Positions 1 to 10,460 of a stretch of DNA of 64,000 bases are shown in pieces (positions within the stretch are counted from its first letter, which is position 1; each line of letters begins with the position of its first letter). Under the pieces are notes generated by a model. That model was not told the origin of the DNA. It was given only the letters and a program-made list of their open reading frames with translations, and made no database searches. The stretch spans positions 99,264,001 to 99,328,000 of the forward strand of contig CM052816.1 in assembly GCA_028534125.1 (NCBI GenBank). The letters run 5' to 3'. Both the position numbers and the translations under genes were made by a program. Source of the DNA: Lama glama (Eukaryota).

Positions 1-1528
1 ATGTCTTAATGTTGTCATCACATTATTAATTCCCTTTATTTAACCTATTATTACCGGCATTTGGTAACATGTGTTCATTGACATAGTGTTGCTGGAGGAT
101 CATTTAAACAGTGACCAATCATTAATGAAAACGTCTGTTGAGTCAACGCACACTGATGGCTGACAGCACATTCCAGGGTACAGTTCATTTCATAACTATT
201 CTTTTTAAATTTGTTTTAAACATGGGATCCAAAATAATTTTATTTTTCAATCCATTTTCTCCCAGTCTTTCTTCTTTGCTGTCTGTCCTTTTCTTCCTTC
301 TTTTTTCCAACCTCCTAAAAGTGGTCAATTCAGCCTCACAATAGAAATCAAGTGCATCTTTGAACATCTAAAATTACTTTAAAACGACTCTGGAAGGAAG
401 GTCTCCATAACCCTTATAGAAGCAACACATCTCCCTCCCTCCCTCTCTCTCTCTCTCTTTATTTTTTTTTTTTGGTTCCTTAAAAGTGCTTATCAAGATG
501 AATGAGAACAGTGGTGGGTAATTTCAAAGATGAAATTGCTTTTCTCTCCAGCTTTCCCACAGCATTTCAAGGTCACAGGTGAGGGAGGGAGCCCACTGCC
601 CAGCCTTCTCCTGGGTCCCGTCAGGACACATTACCCTCCCAGCACAGAATGACTCTGTGTTATTTTTCCTCGCCAAAGAGGGTGTGAAATTCCTCCTCAT
701 TCACACATTGTTGGGTAAAGCCGCAGTGTTAGGAAGAGATGACATCCCCTGTCCTGTGTCCCCAACACTGTTTCCTGGCCCAGCTACTCAACCACCTGCG
801 TTAGGATGTGCCCCATCCTCTGACAGGTCAGGGAGGGAGACCCGGGGACACATCCTAGAGACGGGAGCCCTGGCGGCAGTGAGACCTTACAGTGCACCAT
901 GCTGGATGGGGCACAAAGTCACCCCCAAACTGTGTATTGTTTGATTGACTATTTCACAAAATATCAAAACAATATGTTCTGCTTTTTTTTAGCCAGTCCT
1001 CTGAAGGATGCTTTAATCTGAGGGTTAAATCTTAAAGCTTTAACCTCAGGGTTCCTATTTGACAACCTACTGATGCCCAAACATTCTCAAGCACCCAGGA
1101 GGGTTAACAGAGCTCAAAATTCACCAAGGCATCCCTATATTTGCTGCTATGTAGGAAAAAAAAATCTTGATGATCACCTCTTTTGGAGACATCAGCAGTT
1201 CTACACACGGTTTTTCTTAGATTAAAACAATGATCGTATTTTCATAGGTAATCTGGCCTGATAGACTTTTAAAACTGTTTAAAAACATTTTAAAATATGT
1301 CATCTGTTGAATAATTCTTTTTATGGAAATCAGGGAAATTATGGCTCCAAGTGACGATCATTTTGCTGACTTCTACAGAATTCCGGTTCCTGCGAGGTCG
1401 TCACAGGATCCATGACAACGTCAAGGAAACTCATGAACAACAATGAGCGGCTGGAATTGAGAGACTCAGAACATTCTTGGATGTCAAAGCACGAGAGCTC
1501 TTTGGCAGCAAAGTGGGAAGTGACTTAC

Positions 1529-1752
1529 ATCATAAAGCCCGCTTTGCAGCCCAGGCTGCGCCCTTCGGATGGTACAAAACTTAGAACAAACTTCTCCAGC
1601 ACTCGGTGGTCTCTTGTGGTCGCTAGAGATTGTGATGTCAGCCTCACAAAGCTCTGTGACGAGTGCGATGAACAGCGTGTGCTACTGCTTAACAACAGGC
1701 GCTCTTGTTAGCAATATTCAGATACTACGATGGAAGCACTTGCGGGAGCCAC
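1529..1752 (-). other. Candidate spliced exon (non-coding or 5'UTR), 224 nt
   Basis: On the minus strand: pyrimidine-rich acceptor (cctttcctccgcctctggagtccctcttccatag|GTGG) and donor GAT|gtaagt. All three frames have stops in the 5' part; the exon ends ...TTTATGAT. Unique sequence. No transcript data. Confidence 0.4.
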
Positions 1753-2289
1753 CTATGGAAGAGGGACTCCAGAGGCGGAGGAAAGGCCTGGCCTGCATCC
1801 GGCCCGGGGCCTGCCTGGAGCCCTGTTTTGCGTGAGCTCTTCCCCGGGTGGAACTGGCTTGATTCTCTGATTTCTGTCCCATGGGCCAAGCTCTCCATCA
1901 GCTTTGGGACCACAGGAGAGGGTGTCGTCTAGACATGAAACTCAAGGGGAAGAAGCCCATTGGAACAAGCCACAAAATGCAACAAGCCTGTGGTTTTATC
2001 AGTTTTCAACTATAATCTGCAAAACCCAAGCGGCTAGCTCACCGCCTTGCTCTGCGCCTGCGAGTCTGGCAAAGTGCTCCCAGGAAGGCGGTTAGGATTT
2101 TACCAGAAATTTTCCTAGAGTTAGATTTTTTGAGCCAGGTAGTCCAAAAATAAGATCTTTTTTTTAAATATAATTATCTTTTTAAAACATTTAGCAACAC
2201 TTGAACACCTGTATGATTTTGCCTATGATAAATCAGTATCATTTATGTGAACTCATCCGACGTCCCGTCTCCTCTAGTCTGCATCGCAG

Positions 2290-2480
2290 TCCCGTAGGGT
2301 AAACAGTATAATAATAATAATGACAGTGACAGTGACAACAGTAACAGTAATGATTGCTATTGTGGCCACTTCTCTTATGCTGTGCGGACAAGGAAACTGA
2401 AGAACAGAGAGGCGGAGTCATTTGCAGGGGGAGGGTAAGTAGCTTGCTCTTAAACAAGTGTCTGCCATGTGGTCAGAGCC
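2290..2480 (-). mobile_element. MIR SINE fragment with internal simple repeat
   Basis: MIR core-like 'ggacaaggaaactgaagaacagagagg' in reverse orientation. Confidence 0.55.
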
Positions 2481-3699
2481 TGTGAGGTGGGGTGTGTGGA
2501 CCCCGTGCTGGCAGCCTTCCTCCTGGAGCCCAGAACCCCTCAGAGACCTCGGGCACATCTGGGCCAGGCCCGTGGCTCTGGACAGCGGCCCCCCCTTTCA
2601 GCAATGCTTCTTGGTAATATTGAAACAATTCTTCCAGCCCTCAAGTTTGGGGCCCTGGAGACATCTGCTCCGTGAGGCCGATTTTTATTTCCTAAAGACA
2701 ATTATGCTATTTAACTAAACCTGAACGTAATTGTGAACAAATTTCTGTTGGATAGAAATGTTATAATAGAAAGAATACCAGTTTGAAGCAGGGCTGTAAT
2801 CTGAAGATAATTACACAGCACGTAAGGGGCCTCAAAGCCGTGAAGCTGCTTGTGGGGCCATAGTCTGTTTCCTAGAGCCTTTTCCCCTGTGATTCTATGT
2901 ATTCAAACTCATGCGTCAAGTTCACCAGCGATCTAAATCGGTTCCCCTCGTGACACTCGTCCGTGGCGTTCCAGACACTTCCTTACTGTTTTACTAAAAG
3001 TGATTTTCGACCGAGAAGTGGTGGGTAGTCAAGACGCGGGTGGTCAGGTGGGATCCACACAGAGACCGCTCCCCAGGCTCCTTCCTGGCACCTTCTCACA
3101 CGCGCCTGCAGGTCATTCTCAGAGGAGGACAACCCAGATCGACCTCCGTCCCTGTGGACCGTCTCGCAGTCAGCTGTGGGGAGCTGGCGCTTCCTCCCCG
3201 GGCGGGGTGCCCCGTCCCTCTTACCCCAAAGCCACTAGCTGTCACGCACCTGCGCTCTGCTGTCTTGAGTCCGTGACTTTTTTTCCTCCCAGATTTGAAA
3301 GTTTACATTCAGAAGATTAAAAGAAGGGCGTTTTTCTCAGAAGAGAATTTCACTCCCCTCAAAAAAGATAGACTCGCACAGTCCACCGGGGTGATCTGGG
3401 TACCACTTACAGGCTCCCGGGCAGCCCAGCCCAGCCATCACACACGCTGACCATATGAGCTTAAGGTGACAAAACTAAGCTACTGAAAGGAAAATGTTAC
3501 TTTCTTTTCTTCCTTTTTTTTGTATCTGTTACAGGGAAGCACATTTGTCCTCTTATGCGAGCCCTGTTTGCCCGCCTGCGGTGAAGCGCCGCTCCGCAGG
3601 GTGTCTGTTCACGCTGGTGCGGGTCACACTCGGCAGTCTGCCCACGCCAACGCCCACAGAGAGGGGCGTGCCATGCAGGCTCTTGCTAACACACAGTCA

Positions 3700-6200
3700 C
3701 TTATTAAATAATGTCCCACATATATGGTTCAATGGTTACAAAACACCTGTGACTTTCATTTAATGGCTGCATCTAGTTGCATTTTAAGGATGGTGTATAA
3801 TTGAATTTAGTTAGGAAATCATTTATCAATGAATGTTTATTATGATTAAAATTCTTCATTTTTTAAGTCTCTTTCTTTTTCTTCATGTATCAACCAAGGC
3901 TGTGATGAACTTTCCTGTGTGTGTTTTGTTAGAATCCATTCCCAGAAGGACAACTGCTCAAGCTTAGGTTTTCCACCCTTGATGTCTCTAAAACTGTGTT
4001 CCAGAAAGCCATTCAAATGTGTGTCCCTGTTAGAAGCCTCACGTGCTCATTTCTAATACATGGTACATTTTTTTCAGTCTTTCCAAATCTCGCCCAGTGC
4101 CCGAATAATTGGCACTGAATTTTTTTATAAATGAAATTATCCTTAACATTCTTGTGTTTTTTTACCATTTTTATTAAAGTATAGTTAATTTACAATGTGT
4201 TAATTTCTAGTGCACAGCACAGTGATTCAGTTTTATATATATATTCAAAAGATTATATACATCTATATATATTCCTTTTCATATTCTTTTTCACTGTAGG
4301 CTGTTACAAAGTATTGAATATAGATAGTTCCCTGTGCTGTGCAGTAGGACCTTGTTGTTTATCTATTTTCTATACGGTGGTTAACATCTGCACATCCCAA
4401 ACTCCCAATTTATTTCTCCCAATCTCCTCCCTGGTAACCGTAAGTTTGTTTTCTATGTCTGTGAGTCTGTCTCTGTTTTGTAAATACATTTGTTTGTGTC
4501 CTTTTTTTAGATTCTACATATAAGTGAAATCATATGGTGTTTTTCTTTCTCTTTCTGGCTTACTTCACCTAGATGGATGATCTTTAAGTCCATCCATGTT
4601 GCTGCAAATGGCATTGTTTTATTCTTTTTTATGGCTGAGTAATATTCCATTGTATGCATATGTGTGTGTGTGTACACACACTCATATATACACCACATAT
4701 CCTTTATCCAGTCATCTGTTGATGGACATTTAGGTTGCTTCCATGTCTTGGCTATTGTAAATGGTGCTGCTATGAACGTTGGGGTGCAGGTGTCTTTTTG
4801 AATTAGATTTCCCTCCAGATACATGCCCAGGAGAGGGGTTGCTGGATCATATGGTAACTCTATTTTTAGTTTTTTAAGGAATCTCCATACTGTTTTCCAT
4901 AGTGGCTGCAGCAAACTACATTCCCAGCAGCAGTGTAGGAGGGTTCCCCTTTCTCCACAGCCTCTCCAGCATTTGTCATTTGTGGATTTTTTAGTGATGG
5001 CCATTCTGACTGGTGTGAGGTGATACCTCAGTATAGTTTTGATTTTCATTTATCTGATAATTAGTGGAATTGGTCATTTTTTTTCATGTGTCTATTTGTA
5101 TGTCTTCACTGGAGAAATGTTTGTTTAAGTCTTCTGCTCATTTTTAAATAATAAAAACACAAATAACTCAGTCAAAAAATGGGCAGAAGACTTAAACTTT
5201 TCTTTTTTTTTTTCTACCATTTTTAACCTTTGCTAACATAAACCCAAAACATCTCTCTTTATTTTCATTTGCATTTTTATGGTTACCTCTAGGATGAAAT
5301 GTCTTTCCACAAATGCTTTGTCCACTTACGTGTCTGTTTTTCCCTTGTGAATCACTTTCTGCTGCTCTTTCCCCATTTCCTTTTGCTGGTATTGACATGT
5401 GAGTTTTCTGTTAAAATCAGTAAGAACATTTTAGAAACTGGTTGGTGAATCTTTGTTGTTTGTCTCTTTTCAGTTCCCCGCTTCTCTTTTAACTTTGCTT
5501 TAGTTATTTCTCCCATACGTAAGTATTATATATTTCCCCATATTTTTTATTTTTGAAGGAGGGTATAATTCTAGGTCTTTACTAGATTATCTACCATTAC
5601 TCTAAGAGCATATGTTTGAATTATTTTAACACATATTGACTGAGCTATAATATGTACCTGATACATAATTTTTGTTCTTTTTGTTTTTAATGTAGAACAT
5701 AAAATACAAAATTTCTGTGTTTTCATTTGAAACTTTTTTCCACTTAAGGAATGAGGAGGTTTCTACATTTATTTTTTTAAAAATATTTGTTAGTTGAATG
5801 AACATCATTTATTGAAAGTTCACATTTTCCTGAGAGTTGTAAGGCCATTTCTGTCAAATATTAGATTTGTATATAAAATTGGATCTGTTTTTAGATTCTC
5901 ATTCACTTCCTCTAATCTTGCCATCTATTGCTGTGACTGTTCTGGACCATAACATTTTAATTATTTAGCTTTAAAAATGTATTTTATTATCCAGAAAGTC
6001 ATGTCATACTCTTTATACTTTCCTTTTTTTAATGCTCATCCCCATTTTTGTATGTTTCTTTTTTTTGATAAGCTTTAGAATAATGTTTGATGTGTTTTTT
6101 AAAATGCCAGTTGAACACTATTAAGATGTCATTCCGTGTATGAGTAAGATTGGGAAGGCATGCTATCTTAGTGAAATGTAAGCTCCCTATGCAAGAAGCA
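3700..6200 (-). mobile_element. Old degraded L1M fragment, interrupted by a younger L1 at 4173-5197
   Basis: T-rich text resembling antisense L1 3'UTR/ORF2 end on both sides of the young insertion (e.g. 'tttattttcatttgcattttt', 'aaactgtgttccagaaag'). Confidence 0.55.
4173..5197 (-). mobile_element. Young 5'-truncated, 5'-inverted LINE-1 (ORF2 C-terminus plus 3'UTR)
   Basis: ORF 4507..5049(-) reads as the L1 ORF2 C-terminus ([10 protein letters not shown]...[19 protein letters not shown]...[12 protein letters not shown]...TMEYYSAIKKN...FAATWMDL). Flanked by a T-rich 'taccattttt' target-site duplication; the right copy ends TTTT/AA. Confidence 0.95.
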
Positions 6201-7639
6201 GGTGTTCTTCAATATATACATCATATGTTTGTACACATAATTTTCAGATTCTGTTTTAGCAAGATGCAACACAATAAACATGATATGTAAATGTTGAATT
6301 TTCAACTGATGGAAAAACGAAGTCTAGGTTCAGGCATCCTGCCCAGGCAAGAGCCTCCGTGTACCTCCCAGAACAGTAAGTTGTGACGTCAAATGAAGGA
6401 CTCAAGAGAGCCCCTTCTTTTCTCTTGAGAATACTCCATTTTAATGCAACACTTACGGATTAACGCCATGAATTGCCACATTTTCTGACCTTGAGGGCTC
6501 GAAATCCTGAAAACCTCTTGAGGAGAATGGAGCTTCACTCACCAGCTGCCCGCTGGTCACAGGGGTGTTTTCTTTCATTTGGGGAAAGTAGTTTTTCCCA
6601 CTTGAAGAGCTGCCCTCCTCCTCTGACGTCCCTCCACTCCGTGGACTTTTGGCTTCATCGCTGCGTCACTTGATTGTATAATTGCTCAGTCTTTACTTCC
6701 ATAAGGAAAGATTCCTGGTGTATTTAGCTGGGACCCTGTACTGCCTTATCACTCTGCTTCTCCTGTGAAACAGTAGCTTTATGACTGGGGTGCTGCCACG
6801 TCTGCCGCCCACGAAGGAGGACGCGAGACTGTTCTGTGATGGAGGCCTCACGCTTCTGCAGTGGAGCCTGGGGCATGCCGGGCACGGGACCCAAGGCCCC
6901 ACATGGGACATCTCACCCTGCATTTGTGTTCCTTCTCCTCTGTCCGCCGTCAGGAGAGACCTACAAGCCCGGACGGACATGTGTGATGAAGGTGGGGGGC
7001 GCTGCTTGGAGCACGGGCTGCTGCCAGGTAGGGTCACCTGCCAAGAGCTGTACCTGAGAGAGAGATGCACCGCTTTTAGTGCGTCCCACCCAACACACGT
7101 TCGGGGCTGATGACATCAGCTGGTATTAGCAGAGCATTCGATGAATCACACTGAGTGTGGCCTAAAAACACACGCTGTTTGCTTGTTAACATAAATTTCA
7201 GATAATTGAGAAACCGCAGGTAGGCTGAGAACAAAGATAGGGAATGAGGATGGAGCCTGGAAAGAGGCTGATCTGCAATATTCAGAATGTGAGCCCTGTT
7301 CTCTGGCTTAGAGGACAAATTTGACTGTAAGATGGAAGCAGAGAAGAAGGAAAAACAGAACAAACAACCAAGGAGAAACACGAGTGTTAATAATACCAGT
7401 GACGGTGTTGTCTCTGTGTCCAGACTGAAGCATTTATCTGCCGCGAGGGAACCGGTCAGCGGTCCGCCTGCAGTTCTGGAGGGGGGTGTGGACAGGGACA
7501 CGGGCTGGATGCAGATGCAGAATCAGACGCTGACGTGGCACAGGCGATGTCACTACAGATCAGACACACACAGGTTGGTGTAGACACATGCAAGCAGAGG
7601 TGTAGACATAGAGATTCCGAATGTCTTTATCTTATCCAC

Positions 7640-8938
7640 TTCTCGGCCTCCGCCAGTTTGGGGAGCTGTTCCATGACGAACTCCCTTTGAATAATCCAGG
7701 AACCTCTTCTCGCTACTTGACTCATCTGGCTCTCAGTGGCACTTGGTACTGTCAGCCTTCCCTTCTTCGCTGTGACTCTTGACGTGCCCCAGTTTAGTTT
7801 TGACACATCTGGCCCCTACCCCAGGGCCTGTGGCTCTCATTCCTGCTGTCCTGCAAAGGTCTGCATCCCCCACCCTGCCCAGGGCACTCCTGTTGTCTGC
7901 TCACAAGCTGTTTCTGAGTGTCCTTGCCCACCTCTGTGGCTTCAACGCCCTTTCTTGGACGGTGCCTCACGAACCTCCCTCCCCATCCCAGCCCCCTCTC
8001 CATCCAGCCAACACTTTTGGCCTGCCCCAGGGATGCCTGACCTGCTGGCTGAGGCACCCCAGGTCCAGAACCAGAGTCACCCCCTTCTCCAGCTTCCACC
8101 CTCGGAGCCTCACTGCACCGTCCTTGTTTAAGGCTTGGCACCAGGCAACTGTCCAGGCCGGAGATGCAGGACTGACCCCGATTCCTCGCTCTCACCCTCT
8201 CATTCAATCACTCAACAGCTCTGGTGACATCCCCTTCTGTGTATTTCTTACACTTCCTGCTTGTCTCCATCACGACCCGGCAGCCACTCGGGTGGTATCG
8301 GCCCCATCACCTGTCACCCCAATTACAGCTCAGGCCCCTTCCCCTCCTGTCCCTGCGCTGCAGTGACTCCCTGCAGCCCCTGGGTAAATCACAGCCTTTG
8401 GCTTCCGTGCCGTCAGCTGACTCCTCCTCTCCCTCCTCCCCTTTGCTGTTATAGCTCTCCTCTCTTGCCTGTTTCTGGGCCCAGCACTGTTCACGTGTCT
8501 TCCTGCTGCTACCCCATGTAATCCTCAAAGCAACCCTGTGAGCATGGTCAGCGTGGCCATCCTCACAGGGCAGCGAGGGACCAGCGCGGTGGGGCCTTTC
8601 CCTCTGGTGGGTCAGGAACCACGTCACGTTCACATCCTCTGCAGCTTGGAGCATCACTGCATCCACTCTACAGGGTGAATCCTGCCCTATCTCTCACACC
8701 TAAGCATGGCTACCATCTTCTCTTCCCAGGCCTCCTCTGTCCCCATGTGGGCGCGTGGCTCTGCCCCGCCTGTCAGTTTCTAAGGCACTCACATCAAAGC
8801 TTTCAATCAGCCTTGTCGGAAAGAGCTCCCTGAGGGCAGCGTCCTGTCTGACTTTCCTTCAGTTACGTCTGCCACACTTGGCATCATATTCCACGTCGTA
8901 GGCAGTGCGTAACTGTGCTCTTAAGAAGTGAATAAACA
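7640..8938 (+). mobile_element. L2 LINE 3' portion, possibly with a MIR fragment at ~8518-8620
   Basis: Typical L2 terminus ('gagctccctgagggcagcgtcctgtctg...gtaggcagtgcgtaactg...gtgaataaa') preceded by C/T-rich L2-like body. Confidence 0.6.
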
Positions 8939-9489
8939 TGACCACGTAAAAGCAGTGAGTTTCAGTCACTGTGGGGAACATATACTGTGACGTTTGTGAA
9001 CGTATGTACGTTTCAGTTTTTTGTTTATTACTAGTCACTAAAATGAATATATTTAAGCAGAAACATGTAGTTTAATGAGGTTATGACAGGGAATAATATG
9101 TGTACATGTAAAACACCTCAATATGAAGTTTCAATTATCATGGACAAGAATTCAAGCTTTATGGGTTGACACGTCCATCATGGATTTATATTACAGGACG
9201 CTGATAATCTCCAAATTTGAGTTTTAAAATCTTAACGATTATCGTGGTTGACCGTCATTCTATTTAGGTTGAAAAAAATCAATGAATAAGCCCTGGAAAG
9301 TTTCAATGATCTGCTTTCGCTTGAATCTTGTCCCAGAAGTGAGAGAATTTTCTCACTCCTGCCACCCACATACATATTCGTATCTTTCATCATCTATCTA
9401 AACGTGGTTTTTTTTTGACATAGTCAAAGAAATACATGAACTAAAATTGTTCTATTTTTATATAATAAATGTGGATTCATTAAGAAAAT

Positions 9490-10020
9490 TAAAAACAGAC
9501 AACAAAGAGAAAATAATGATTCTATTACCTAGAAGAAACTTTGGCAAATATTTTGGTATATTTCATTCCAGCCTTTATTTTGTAAATATTTTATTACAAT
9601 TTTATTACAATTGACATTGTAGCAATTTGAATTTTAGTTTTTCATTTAATATTATAATAATCATTTCTCATTAAATATTACTTGTAAACCTAATTTTGAT
9701 GGTTACATACTATTCTAGTACGTGAATACATGTTTATGTTCATTAGCAAATTCTGTATAATTTTGCAGCTGCGTCACAGCTCGCAGGGGTTGATGTTGCT
9801 ATTATATTTAATGTAGCTTCCTTGGGGTGAATTTATAAAGTGGAAGCATAAGGTCAAATTCCCTAAATAGCCGGAGCTTGTTTGTCCAAACATCGAATTA
9901 CTGTGCCAAACGACTCTACCAGTTCACATGAGCAGCGTTTCAGGGGGCTCTCATGCCTCAGCTTACACCAAACGTACTTCACAGTGTGTTCTAAAATTTT
10001 ATTATTTTTGCTAAATTAAA
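9490..10020 (-). mobile_element. Old L1M 3' fragment
   Basis: AT-rich antisense L1 3'UTR-like text ('taattttgatggttacatactattct', 'tttataaagtggaagcataaggtcaa'). Confidence 0.45.
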
Positions 10021-10446
10021 AAGAGTTTAACTATGGTCCATGCCCTGCACTCTGGTTATTCTTTTGATCTTGTTTTGCTGGGCTTTGTTTAGTCAGTCTT
10101 CACCAATTATACAGGCTATTTTGGAAAAAAAGTGATAATCTAATGAATGAGCTCTTGTCTGCCTGAAGAAACAGGGTCTGAGACCTCTCTGCTCTCTCCA
10201 CTGACCCACTATAAAAGAAAAACTTACTAATGTAATTCTTGGGGTACTCAGCTGCATTGTGTAGTTCTACATTTGGGATGAAATATGCCTATAAGCTATC
10301 AAACCATTTTTTTTACATTTCTTTCTGTTTTGGAAGATATCCAAGCTCAAGATTAGGGATTCAAGAAATTTGTTTTTGATTTTGTCTCCCTTTTCTTAAG
10401 GTTAGAATACTGAGTGTCTTTAGAACTAAAGTATCATAATATCGCC

Positions 10447-10460
10447 CTGCCACCTAGGGG
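10447..10460 (-). promoter_or_regulatory. CTCF-like core motif
   Basis: Minus strand CCCCTAGGTGGCAG matches CCASYAGRKGGCRS at 13/14. Confidence 0.4.

Noticed and set aside
185..367. Lys/Arg-rich 60-aa ORF on the minus strand
   Set aside because: It reflects a pyrimidine-rich plus-strand tract; no recognisable protein or convincing splice sites.
1412..1835. Overlapping plus-strand ORFs of 88-99 aa
   Set aside because: No recognisable domain; splice signals favour a minus-strand exon here.
7736..8666. Cluster of 120-195 aa ORFs
   Set aside because: They lie in a GC-rich L2 remnant, are open in several frames on both strands and have low-complexity composition.
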